The notes: generated from the letters alone by a model not told the origin. Numbered from the stretch's first letter, positions 44,445-54,461 are shown. The stretch: 64,000 nucleotides of DNA from an uncultured Acidobacteriaceae bacterium (GCA_963810545.1 CAWENE010000005.1:168253-232252), one strand, 5' to 3'. Program-made: numbers and translations.

Positions 44445-44555
44445 GTCTTGTGCGGGGTAGCGCAAGGTGTGGTACGTTTTCGGCCCTCCTGATTTGGGAT
44501 GGCTGTGCGCAATCGGGAACAAAAATTCGGCGCTTCAAAAACTGAGCCGCACCAT

Positions 44556-44869
44556 TTACGACCCGGTCTTGCGCTCCTCTTCAAGCACTTCATCCAGCAG
44601 CCCGCGCAACGTAGCGGCGCGTGCGTGGCCCGCCGCATGTCGGCGCCGGCGGTCTGGGCAAGCTCGTCGGCAAGATTGAGCGCCGCCAGCACGGCCACCC
44701 GCAGGGAGTCTACAGTACGACCCTGCGCGGCAACGGCACGCATCTTTGAATCGACCAACGCGGCCAGCCGGCGGATATGAGCCGGATTCTGGCCCGTGAG
44801 ATGATAGGTCTGGTCGTAGATGCTCACAGTTGTGTAGCCAGGGGGCGCGGCCGACTCATTTTTCGCCAT
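44556..44869 (-). CDS. zapA: Cell division protein ZapA (apparent frameshift near 44610-44640)
   Basis: VSIYDQTYHL, VDSKMRAV, RVAVLAALNLADEL; native C-terminus LLDEVLEEERKTGS is in another frame. Confidence 0.85.
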
Positions 44870-44877
44870 GGATCACC

Positions 44878-45216
44878 TCAAAGTTCGAGCGCATCGAGTT
44901 GGGAAAGCAGACGTTCGACGCGCTGGCGCACCTGGTCGCGCTCGGTGCGCAGGGAGCGGATTTCCTGTTTCATCTGATCGAAGACGGGGCCCTGTTCTGC
45001 GAGCTGCGCTTCTGCTTTGGCGGCCCGTTCATCGGCTGCGGTGCGAGCCAGGCGCTCGCGTTTCACAAGTTCAACGGCGCGAACCACGCGCTCTTCGAGC
45101 GCTGAAAAATCATCGGCACTGAGGGCGAGTGCTGCCGTTTCGCTCTGGGGATTAAGGGTATGTTGGGCAGTCTTGCTTTCCTCCGCAACCTCGGAATCAA
45201 AGAATGTTTGCGACAT
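44878..45216 (-). CDS. ZapB-like coiled-coil protein
   Basis: LEERVVRAVEL ... VRQRVERLLSQLD; upstream of zapA. Confidence 0.7.
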   Translation of the reverse strand: MSQTFFDSEVAEESKTAQHTLNPQSETAALALSADDFSALEERVVRAVELVKRERLARTAADERAAKAEAQLAEQGPVFDQMKQEIRSLRTERDQVRQRVERLLSQLDALEL

Positions 45217-45419
45217 AAAAAACAACCTCCGCGCATCCGCGCTTCGTGCAAGTATACGGCAAACGAGGGACGCGATGCCTCGGCGATAGGAGCCTGATCC
45301 GCTGCCAAAACGATTGTGCGTACTCGATTGCAGCGGCGGCGCGGGAGCAGTTTTTGGGTTGCAAAAACTATACGCGCGCAAGCGCGGGGGCGCTCAAACA
45401 TGTGGATAACACGGGCGAA

Positions 45420-47532
45420 TTACGTCCGCAAGCGTGCGCCTGCCTTGGCTACTGCGCCGACGATTTGCGCTTGAAAGTCCTGCAACTCTTCGTCGCGAAG
45501 GGTGCGGTCGGGAGCCTGAAAGGTAACTCCCAGGAGAAGGGAATACTCCTGCGCGGCGAGCTTCGCATCGTGGAAAACCTCGCGTGCGCGCCACTCGACG
45601 AGCTCGGGGATCTCAAGAGCAGCAAGCGCCTGGTCAATCATTTCCCACGTGACACTCTTATCGAGCACGAGAGAGAAATCGCGCCGGACGGGCTGGAAGC
45701 GCGAAATTTCGCGCGCGGACGGTTTGCGCAACGGAAGTTTGTAGAGCCGGTCGAGGTAGAGTTCGCCGAGAAGCACCGGCTCCTTGAGTTTGCGCGCACC
45801 AGCTTCATTGGGATGCAACTGGCCGAACCAGCCAACGGTGACGCCCTCTGCCACCACACGGGCCCCGCGATACGGATGCAACCATGTCGGTGTAAGGCCT
45901 GCGTCGGACTCGAACCGGTCGAAGTAGACGGTGCGCGTCTGGAAGCGCGAAAGGACTTGCTCCACCACGCCCTTCACGTCGTGCAACTCGATGGCACGCG
46001 GTGGATGAAGCGCAGACTGCTCCGGTAGCATTCCCACAGCAGCAAAAGCGAGCGCGGGCCGTTCTTCAACTTTCTCCGTCGTCCCGCTGAAGGCGGTGCC
46101 GAGTTCGAACAGGCGCACATCGCTGACATCGCGATGCAGGTTACCCGCGACCATCGTGAGGATGCCGGGAATCAGCGATGGACGCAGCACGCCGGCTTCT
46201 TCGCTGAGCGGGTTGCCAATGGGAACAACAAGCCCAGGTTGTGGTGCAGTCAGTGCGGCGTCCGATGCAGAGCAGAACGTGCTGCCGATAGCCTCGTGGA
46301 AACCGGCTGCGAGCAGCGTGCGACGGACTGTGGATTCGGCTCTCGGCCCAGGGCAGCGCTTGCACGCCTTCGCCAAAGACCGGCAGCGTGTTGGCGAAGC
46401 GGTTGTAGCCGTATACGCGCGCGACTTCCTCAATCAGGTCAATCTCGCGTTCAAGGTCGAGCCGCCAGCTGGGAAGGACCACGTTCCAGGCAGCTCCGGC
46501 AGGTTGCGCGGGCGTGAGTTGGCAACCTAAAGCCTTGAGAAAATTTTCGACAGTTGCAGCGGTGATGCCCTCTTTATCTTCCGTCTTACCGAGGATGCGG
46601 TGCACTTCGCTGAGCTCGAGACTCACCGGCTTGCGATGCGCGGTGCGAGCCTCCCAAGCGGGAACGCGCACATCGACCAGATCGCCTGCGATGAAGCCGC
46701 CGTTGGCGAGCAGAATGCGGCTGACGAGCGCTGATGCAACCGGAGCAGCGTTGAAATCGGCACCCCGTTCAAAGCGATGACTGGCATCGGTGTGGAGTCC
46801 ATGACGGCGCGCTGTGCGGCGCACCGCCATCGGCTCAAACCAGGCGGCTTCGACGAGGACATTGGTCGTGGAGGATGTGATCATCGTGTCCCATCCACCC
46901 ATCACGCCGGCCAGACCCAATGGCCTCGCGTGGTCCGCGATGATGAGGTCTTCTGGATCGAGCGTTCGTTCTACTCCGTCCAGGGTCTTGAGTTTTTCGC
47001 CTTTGCGCGCGCGCCGAACGACGATGCCGCCTTCGATCTTGTCGAGATCGAAGGCGTGCGTGGGCTGACCCATCGCGAGCCACGCGAAGTTCGTCGCGTC
47101 TACTGCGTTTGAAATCTTCTTTTGCTCGAGAAGGTCGAAGTAAGTCGCGACTTCCGCGCCGGGAAACCAGTCGCGCGAGTCGCCGATGGTAATCCCGCGC
47201 AGCACCCGCGCGGTGAAACGGCCACAACTGTCTTCCGCTTCGATCCGCACGGAGAAGTCCTGGCCGGCCCGCCGGGTTTCGGGGAGCTGGAACGCAAGCG
47301 GCTTGAGTTCGACTCCATATATGGCCGCCGCCTCGCGCGCGATGCCGTAGTGGTTCATAGCATCGACGCGGTTGGTGGTGATGTCCATCTCGTAGAGCGA
47401 GCCGTTGTTCGGACCGAGATTGAAGATACCTTCAACGGCAATGCCGCGAAGAGTGAGGACTTCAGCGAGTTGAGTGTCCCTAACTGGGAGTTCCGAGAGG
47501 TAGCTTCGAAGCCATTTGGTCAGAATCTTCAT
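45420..47532 (-). CDS. pheT: Phenylalanine-tRNA ligase beta subunit (apparent frameshift near 46345)
   Basis: DITTNRVD, GQPTHAFD, ASHRFERG, DLIEEVARVYGY; NPLSEE..LRPSL, FDX-ACB C-terminus. Confidence 0.93.
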
Positions 47533-47696
47533 TTGTGCGATCCCTGTTGAATCGACACAGCCGTCCGCCTGACTTGGGCCAGAAGGCCGTATGCTTCGCT
47601 CTTGGGCAAGTCGCCGCTAAGCGCATACGCTTGTCGCGCCAAACTCATCGCCTTTTGCCAGACGATCAAGTCCCGATAACTCTTGGGTCTAGACAT
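47529..47696 (-). pseudogene. Truncated four helix bundle protein (55 aa) between pheS and pheT
   Basis: MSRPKSYRDLIVWQKAMSLARQAYALSGDLPKSEAYGLLAQVRRTAVSIQQGSHK*; TGA overlaps the pheT ATG; too short for the ORF track. Confidence 0.85.
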
Positions 47697-47698
47697 TT

Positions 47699-47744
47699 CT
47701 AACTCCGCTAACAGCGCGTAGCCCGGCTAACGCCGCTAGCTCCG
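47699..47744 (-). repeat. Degenerate 9-mer tandem array before the truncated four-helix gene
   Basis: CGGAGCTAG CGGCGTTAG CCGGGCTACG CGCTGTTAG CGGAGTTAG. Confidence 0.65.
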
Positions 47745-47748
47745 CTTC

Positions 47749-48855
47749 TCACACAAACTGCCCCAGAAACCGCATATCGCCCGAATAAAACTGCCCAATA
47801 TCGCTGACCCCATACTTCATCATCGCGATCCGCTCGACGCCCATGCCGAAAGCAAAGCCGGAGACCTTCTTCGGGTCGTAGGCAGGTTGCTTTTCCGCCG
47901 CGAAGGCGAAGACCGCGGGGTCGACCATGCCGCAGCCCAGCAGTTCAATCCAGCCGGAGTGCTTGCACTTGCGGCAGCCCTTCCCTCCGCAGAAGATGCA
48001 GCTGATCTGCACATCGGCGCTCGGCTCAGTAAATGGGAAGAACGATGGGAAAAACCGCGTCTTGACCGAGGAGCCAAACAGCGCCTTCATCGCATGATCG
48101 AGCGTGCCCTTCAGGTCGCTGAAGGTAATGTTGGTATCGACGCAGAGACCCTCCACCTGATGAAAGGTGGAAGAATGCGTCGCATCGTCGGCCTCATTCC
48201 TGTGCACTTTCCCGGGAATCACGATCCGTACCGGCGGCGGCTGGAGCTCCATGGTGCGCATCTGCACAGGCGAAGTGTGGGTGCGCAGAAGTAGGCGGTC
48301 GCGCAAGGGGCGGCGCTCCTGATTGGCAATCACGAGCGTGTCCTGCGTGTCGCGCGCGGGATGCCCCGGCGGAAAATTCATGCTCTCGAAGTTGTAGAAA
48401 TCCGTTTCGACTTCCGGCCCCACACCAACCGAGTAGCCCAAAGCAGCGAAAACACTGACGATTTCGTTCAGCGTGCGCGTGATCGGATGCTCGGCGCCCG
48501 TGAGGCGGCGCGTGCCGGGCAATGTGATGTCGATGGCTTCGGCGGCGAGCACGGCGTCTGTCGGCCCAGCGCCCGTCATCTGGTGCAGCAGGTCTTCCAA
48601 GACTGCCTTAAGCGCGTTGAAGCGTTGCCCGAGGGGCTTTTTGGCCTCAGGCGGGGCGTTCTTGAGCCATTGGTCGGACTGCACCTTCAACAAGCCCTGC
48701 TTACGTCCGAACCACGCCAACCTGAGATTCTCAATCTCCTCTGGTGAGCGAGCATTGGCAGCTTCAAGCCGCGCAGCAGCCTCCAGATTCGAAAAGAACT
48801 GGTCTAGGTTTTGTTCAGAATACTTTGAGTTGTCAGAAGCTTCTTCGTTCGTCAT
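47749..48855 (-). CDS. pheS: Phenylalanine-tRNA ligase alpha subunit
   Basis: HPARDTQDT, LRTHTSPVQ, FHQVEGL, FPFTEPS, GCGMVDP, FAFGMGVER. Confidence 0.97.
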   Translation of the reverse strand: MTNEEASDNSKYSEQNLDQFFSNLEAAARLEAANARSPEEIENLRLAWFGRKQGLLKVQSDQWLKNAPPEAKKPLGQRFNALKAVLEDLLHQMTGAGPTDAVLAAEAIDITLPGTRRLTGAEHPITRTLNEIVSVFAALGYSVGVGPEVETDFYNFESMNFPPGHPARDTQDTLVIANQERRPLRDRLLLRTHTSPVQMRTMELQPPPVRIVIPGKVHRNEADDATHSSTFHQVEGLCVDTNITFSDLKGTLDHAMKALFGSSVKTRFFPSFFPFTEPSADVQISCIFCGGKGCRKCKHSGWIELLGCGMVDPAVFAFAAEKQPAYDPKKVSGFAFGMGVERIAMMKYGVSDIGQFYSGDMRFLGQFV

Positions 48856-48958
48856 TGCGTAAGGTGCAGGATAAACCACGGCGCGGGGCGAGGGGGGAGG
48901 ATTGCGCGGCCGTTAGGGTTCTTCAGACATGCGGAAGCACCAGAAAATCTGGATGAAT

Positions 48959-49174
48959 TTACGCGGGGATGGCGATTTGCTTTACCTGCGCGATTGGCTC
49001 GGGAATCGGTAGGCCGTCTTCGCGAAGCCCCTCAATGTGAAACTCAATTCCTTCGCGGATCAGCTTTTCTGTCTCTTCGATCGTCGCGGCAGCCACACCG
49101 ACTCCCGGCAAATCAGGCGCATAGGCGTTCCAGCCCGTTGAGGTCTTCTCGAAAACAACCGCATATCGAGCCAT
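48959..49174 (-). CDS. hicB: HicB family antitoxin (short form)
   Basis: YAVVFEKT..AYAPDLPG..IREGIEFHIEGLREDGLPIPEP. Confidence 0.88.
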   Translation of the reverse strand: MARYAVVFEKTSTGWNAYAPDLPGVGVAAATIEETEKLIREGIEFHIEGLREDGLPIPEPIAQVKQIAIPA

Positions 49175-49356
49175 TTCAATCCTGCCTGTTTCAAAATGCT
49201 ATTGAGCGTTCCCTTATCGATCTCTTGCGAAGGGTGACCCGCCACCGTGACACGACCGAGTTTCTCCGGATACTTAAACTGCCGGTGACTTCCCTTTTGC
49301 GCGGCCCGATACCAGCCGTCCTTCTCAATCAGTTTCAAAAGATCTCGGACTTTCCT
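49175..49356 (-). pseudogene. hicA: HicA family toxin, expected start and stop codons missing
   Basis: KVRDLLKLIEKDGW..QKGSHRQFK..VTVAGHP..GTLNSILKQAGLK; AGG where ATG is expected and no stop after GLK. Confidence 0.75.
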
Positions 49357-49466
49357 ACAGTCCTAGTTGATTTATTCGCAATCAGATTCGGTGGGTAGCC
49401 CGAGTGGCGTTCTGGAGAAACGGCCCGAAGCTAAGCTCCAGGCCGTCGACGACTCCACCAATCCAC

Positions 49467-49501
49467 CACCCCATCGACGAAGACCCGTCGATGGAGGCCC
49501 C
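49467..49501 (-). repeat. REP-like palindromic repeat
   Basis: ggggcctccatcgacgggtcttcgtcgatggggtg just downstream of rplT. Confidence 0.75.
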
Positions 49502-49517
49502 AGTCCGGGTGTTGTCT

Positions 49518-49901
49518 TTAAGCCGCCTTGGTAGCTTTAGCCGTCTTGGCGTGGGCCTCTTTCGCCTGCTCGGCCAGCTTGGTAAAGCCTGCTGCGTCGT
49601 GGACGGCGATGTCTGCAAGAATCTTGCGGTCGAGCTCGATGCCGGCCTTCTTCAATCCGCTGATGAATTGCGAGTAGCTAGTGCCGTTCAGCTTGGCGGC
49701 TGCCGAGATGCGCACGATCCACAGGGAGCGGAACTGGCGCTTCTTCTGGCGGCGGCCGGTATAGGCAAACTTGAGGCCGCGCTCCACGGCTTCCTGCGCT
49801 GCCTGGTAGAGCTTGGATTTGGTAAGGAAGTAACCGCTCGCCCGATCGAGGATCTTCTTGCGGCGGTCGTTGCGCTTGGTACTGCGTTTTACGCGAGGCA
49901 T
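49518..49901 (-). CDS. rplT: 50S ribosomal protein L20
   Basis: MPRVKR.., [24 protein letters not shown]. Confidence 0.97.
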   Translation of the reverse strand: MPRVKRSTKRNDRRKKILDRASGYFLTKSKLYQAAQEAVERGLKFAYTGRRQKKRQFRSLWIVRISAAAKLNGTSYSQFISGLKKAGIELDRKILADIAVHDAAGFTKLAEQAKEAHAKTAKATKAA

Positions 49902-50137
49902 GGGTGTCTTCTCCGTTTGTGTTGCGTCTGTTTGGCGGCTGGAGGCAGGAGGGCCAATTTCGTCGGCCGGTAAACCTCTTCACTCGCTTGGCGAAACTCG
50001 TTTTTCGAGACTCGCTCGTTGGGCCCGAATCTCTCACCGGCGCGAACGCTTTTCGCAACGGCGGGGGCCGATTTCGTCAACGGCCCATCTGCATGTGTGG
50101 CCGAACCCAATCCAAAGGTCCGCCCCACCGCAGGTGG

Positions 50138-50335
50138 TCAGGCGTAAGGAATCATGCGCGCTACCTTCTTGTAGTCGCCATCGGAGACAAGCAGGGTTTT
50201 GCCCAGCTTGCGCTTCGTCTTTGGCGCCTTCGAAGTAAGGATGTGCCGCGTCTTCGTCTGGCCCCGCTTGATTTTGCCGGTGCCAGTCTTACTGAAGCGC
50301 TTGGCCGCGCCCGTATGGGTTTTCAACTTGGGCAT
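50138..50335 (-). CDS. rpmI: 50S ribosomal protein L35
   Basis: [25 protein letters not shown]. Confidence 0.97.
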   Translation of the reverse strand: MPKLKTHTGAAKRFSKTGTGKIKRGQTKTRHILTSKAPKTKRKLGKTLLVSDGDYKKVARMIPYA

Positions 50336-50458
50336 TGTTTTTCTCTTTTTCGACGAAACTGGTATGTTCCGTCGCAAAGTCCCGTAGGCACAGGGACTTC
50401 CCTGTGCCTTTGAGGCTCATTCCAGTATATCGCAAGCCCGGTTTCGCCGCCGACCAGC

Positions 50459-52067
50459 CTACTCAAACCGGTAAAGTGTCACCTTTTCCGTCTTAAGTTG
50501 GCCGGAGTCAAAGCGCCAGCCCTTGCCCTGGTCGTTTTCATCGCCGTTCAAACGCCGGCCGGGAATCCATTTACCGTCATCGCGAAGCTGCCTTCGTCGA
50601 CGGCGGCAATGCCCACTTGCTTGCCTGAGCGCGGCGTGAAGGAAACACGGAAGCCTTTGCCGGCGCCAAGGAACTCCTCGGGCCCAGTCGCCATCACGAG
50701 TCCGAACCCCGTCTCGGAGTGACTGCCGAAGATTTCATCCAGCGTAACGTGGAGCGTGTAGCCGCTCATGGTGAAGTCGACCGAGGGATGGCCATGATCG
50801 AGCACGAAGCCATGGAGGGTACCGTCGCTCTGGTGCTGTGCGATGAGGGGCGACAATTTCGCGAGAAGCACGTAGCTTGCGGCCAAATCGCCCTTCGCGT
50901 CGATCTCGCTTTCAATGCCGAAGGGTGAGAATCCGATGCCTGCCTCCTCGCCAAGTGCATAGAAGATATTTGCGGCCCCGGCCGCGCCGCCACGCGTCTC
51001 CGGCATGAAGAGCGGGTTGTCGTCGCGGTGATAGCGCTTGCACCACAGGGCGAAGTTCGGATCGTAGAGGTCGGGCGCGTAGAGATCGATAGCGCTACCG
51101 GCAGCCTTCCACACGTCGACTACCCATGGCTCGGGGCCACCGCTGGGATAGGTCCCCGGCGTGGTGTCATCGCCCGCGAGCCAGGTATTGACGTACATCG
51201 GAATGTCGTAGGCAGCCTTGCCGCGTGCGGTGACCGCCTGGATGAAACGAGCATAGTGCCACGCCATAAAGAGCTCATCGGCGTGGTAGGTGTCGCCGAA
51301 AACTTCGGTCCAAGTGCCCGATGTCTTGTCGCCGTTCGCGTCCCATAGCTCTCGAAGCTTGGGGTAGAGGCTCTCGCGATGCGCCTGAAGATAGCGTGTC
51401 AGCTCCGCCGGGACGGCGATTCGGAAAGCGAACGATTTGCGGCCGCGGAGTGGTCGCGCGTGTCGCCGAGCACGCCGACTTCGTTTTCAACCTGCATCAT
51501 GAGAACGGTGTGGTCGCGGCTGTCGGCCTCTTTGATGTGCTGCATCAGGGCGGCAAAAGCGCGCCCGTCGGCTTCTTGCGTGGCGCTTCCCTGCGGGCTC
51601 AGGATCTCGACCTCGGCGCCGTTTTCAACCACGCGCGGGAAGCGCCGCGTATCCTGCTTGATCCAGACCGGCGCGTAGCTCGACATGCCGTTCTTCCACG
51701 AGGCGAGCCACAGAAAAACGATGCGTGTATGCTCCTTGCGCGCTTGGTCGAGGAGGCCGTCGACCAACGTGAAGTCGTATTTGCCTTCCGTGGGCTCGAC
51801 GAGTTCCCAGCTCAGTGGGGTGACGACCGTGTTGAGGCCCATCCCGGCGAGTTCGGGCCACAGCGGCTTCATGTAGTCGAGGCTGGACGAGGAGGAGTTG
51901 TGCAGCTCTCCGCCAAGAATCAGGAAAGGCTTGTCATCGACGATGAGCTGGGTGGCCGACCCGCGCTTCTCGAGGTGCGGAGCCGGATTCTGTTGCGCGA
52001 GGAGAACGGAAGGCACGAAGGCGACAGACAACAGGAAAACTGGCAGCAAAGCAACGTGGGTTCGCAT
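50459..52067 (-). CDS. GH35/GH42-like beta-galactosidase with DUF5597 (several apparent frameshifts)
   Basis: Signal peptide; GGELHNSS, WELVEPTEG, SWKNG, MQVENEVG, PMYVNTW, YPSGGP, PLFMPE; split over frames. Confidence 0.8.
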
Positions 52068-52175
52068 AACGTGAGGGAGTCTAGCACAGGAAACTCGCCG
52101 CGGTTTGTGACTGCGAGCGAAGTGTGGGCGACACGAATTCGCCGGCACAACGTGCGAGTTGGCTACACTGAATCT

Positions 52176-53633
52176 GTGAGCACTTCGTTTCACATTGAGA
52201 ACTTCGGCTGCCGCGCCGCGCGCGCCGATGGTGAGGCAATCGCCGATAGGCTGCGCGCATCAGGTTGTCAAGAACAGCGGGCGCCGCAAGCCGATGTGAT
52301 CGTCGTGAATACCTGCAGCGTAACCGCAGAGGCTGATCGCGCGGCTCGCGCATTTATTCGCCGGGCGCATTGTCTCAATCCCGAGGCGCGAATCGTAGCG
52401 ACTGGCTGCTATGCGCAGCGCGCACCTCAGGAGCTGGCCGGATTGCCGGGCGTGGCGGCCGTTGTGGGCAACAGCCATAAGGCATTCGCGCCAGAGATCG
52501 TCCTGGAACTCGCGAAGGGCGCTGAGCGGGCAGGTTCGGGCCCGGCCTGGGTCAGTGCAGCCTCGCTGATGGCAGGTGGCGAGTCGGCGCTTGTACTTGC
52601 CGACGACTCGTTCGCGCATTCGTTTCTTGCCGAGGCCCAGGTAGTTCCCGGCGCACAGACGCGACCCAATTTGAAGATCCAGGAGGGATGCGGAAACCGG
52701 TGCTCGTTCTGTGTGATTCCACAGACAAGGGGCTCGTCCAGAAGTTTGGCGGTGGCAGACATTCTCAGGCAGGTGAATGGATTTGTTGCGGCAGGCGGAA
52801 CGGAGCTTGTGTTTTCAGGCATCAACCTGGGCCGGTGGGGGCGCGATCTAAAGCCGGCGCCGGGGGAGCCGCCGCCCACGCTCAAATGGCTGTTGCGGCA
52901 AATCTTTGATCGAACAAAATTGCCTCGCCTGCGATTGAGTTCAATTGAACCGATGGATTGGGACGCGGGATTGATCGCCCTGATGGCGGAGTTTGGCGGA
53001 AAGCGACTTGCCCGCCACGCGCATCTCCCATTGCAGTCGGGGTCAGACGCAGTATTGCGCCGCATGCACCGGCGCTATCGGCCATGGCACTACGCGGAGA
53101 AAGTGGCTGCCTTGGGGCGCGCGGCGGGAACGGATCTGACATTAGGTGCGGATGTGATGGTGGGCTTTCCGGGCGAGACGGATGCTGAGTTCGAAGAGAC
53201 TCTCGAGTTTGTGCGCGCGCTGCCAATCGGCTATCTGCACTTGTTTCCGTTTTCACCCCGGCCGGCAACGCGCGCGTGGGCCCTGCATAAGGAATGTCCA
53301 GTGGCGCGGGGTGCGGTGGAAGAACGAATGACGGCGATGCGCGCGCTGGCCGCTGAAAAAACCTTCATCCATCGAACGCGCTTTGCGGGCCGCGAACTTG
53401 AAGCGATCACGATGCACACGCCGGAGGCGCTGGCTCGGCTCGGTCGAACGACGGGCTTGACAGAAAATTTTCTTCCTGTGGAATTGAAAGCAAGACTCCC
53501 CGCCAACCGTCTCGTCCGTGTGCGTGTGAATGGACTCACCGCGGAAGGCGCGCTGGAAGCGACGATCGTCAACGAGGCGGCTGAGCCCTTGACTACCGGT
53601 CCGTCTCTGAACTGGAGCGCTGTGGCAGTCTAG
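52176..53633 (+). CDS. mtaB: MiaB/RimO/MtaB-family radical SAM methylthiotransferase, MtaB-like
   Basis: FHIENFGC, VNTCSVT, TGCYAQ, KIQEGCGNRCSFC, LQSGSD, DVMVGFPGET; GTG 6 nt after TACACT. Confidence 0.85.
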   Translation: MSTSFHIENFGCRAARADGEAIADRLRASGCQEQRAPQADVIVVNTCSVTAEADRAARAFIRRAHCLNPEARIVATGCYAQRAPQELAGLPGVAAVVGNSHKAFAPEIVLELAKGAERAGSGPAWVSAASLMAGGESALVLADDSFAHSFLAEAQVVPGAQTRPNLKIQEGCGNRCSFCVIPQTRGSSRSLAVADILRQVNGFVAAGGTELVFSGINLGRWGRDLKPAPGEPPPTLKWLLRQIFDRTKLPRLRLSSIEPMDWDAGLIALMAEFGGKRLARHAHLPLQSGSDAVLRRMHRRYRPWHYAEKVAALGRAAGTDLTLGADVMVGFPGETDAEFEETLEFVRALPIGYLHLFPFSPRPATRAWALHKECPVARGAVEERMTAMRALAAEKTFIHRTRFAGRELEAITMHTPEALARLGRTTGLTENFLPVELKARLPANRLVRVRVNGLTAEGALEATIVNEAAEPLTTGPSLNWSAVAV

Positions 53634-53765
53634 AGGACTGTCGCACCGCATCCCCTCAGGCCGCACCGCCGATCCAGAAGGTTCTCGGGCCGTAGTCGAG
53701 CCAATTCCCCGCTCACCGCCGTGTCTGAAACGGCGGGCAAGCCGCGTCCGAATGAGCCAAACCAA

Positions 53766-53774
53766 TGCTATACT
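53766..53774 (+). promoter_or_regulatory. Extended -10 promoter (TGcTATACT) for infC
   Basis: Consensus-like TGn-TATACT about 80 nt upstream of infC. Confidence 0.6.
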
Positions 53775-53852
53775 CAGGGTGCGTTCGCGGGCTTTTTGCC
53801 GTTCCGGATGGCCCCGGAACCGGAGGCTGCGAACCCCAAGTGGAGGAGCACC

Positions 53853-54461
53853 ATCGCACTCGATAAACGTTCGGCCAAGTCTTTCATCCGCATCAACGAT
53901 CGCATCCGGGCACGCGAAATTCGCGTCATCGACGAAAATGGCGAACAACTGGGAATTCTGCCACCTTTTGAGGCACTGAAGATCGCCCGTGAACGCGGGC
54001 TCGATCTGGTGGAAGTATCGCCCACGGCGGTGCCGCCGGTCTGCCGTATTCAGGACTATGGCCGCTTCCTCTACGAGAAGGAAAAGAGCGAACGAGCTGC
54101 CCGCAAAAAGCAGAAGGTCATCACCATCAAGGAAGTGAAGTTCTCGGTCACGGTAGACGAGCACGACTACCAGACCAAAAAGAACCAGGCTGTTCGCTTT
54201 CTGACTGAAGGCGACAAGGTGAAGGCCAGCCTGCGCTTCCGCGGTCGCCAGATGGCGCACCGCGAGTTGGGATACGCCATCATTAACCGGCTGATCCAGG
54301 ACATCGGCGAAGCAGGCACGGTTGAGTTTATGCCGCGCATGGAAGGGACTATTCTGCACGCGATCCTGGCCCCATCAAAGAAAGAAGGCTCCAAGCCGAA
54401 GCCCGCACAACAGGCGCAGCCCGCTGCTCCGCGGCCGCCAATGCAGCAGCAGGCACGCTAG
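53853..54461 (+). CDS. infC: Translation initiation factor IF-3 (ATC start)
   Basis: RINDRIRAREIRVI, LDLVEVSP, GDKVK..RFRGRQ; GGAGGA SD then in-frame ATC, with no ATG/GTG/TTG near the SD. Confidence 0.93.
   Translation: MALDKRSAKSFIRINDRIRAREIRVIDENGEQLGILPPFEALKIARERGLDLVEVSPTAVPPVCRIQDYGRFLYEKEKSERAARKKQKVITIKEVKFSVTVDEHDYQTKKNQAVRFLTEGDKVKASLRFRGRQMAHRELGYAIINRLIQDIGEAGTVEFMPRMEGTILHAILAPSKKEGSKPKPAQQAQPAAPRPPMQQQAR

Noticed and set aside
46320-46360. Programmed frameshift in pheT
   Set aside because: No slippery heptamer or stimulatory structure was seen, and it lies within the indel cluster
51321-52175. 770-aa ORF suggesting an N-terminally fused MtaB
   Set aside because: The upstream part is the antisense shadow of the glycosidase gene; the real start is GTG 52176 after TACACT
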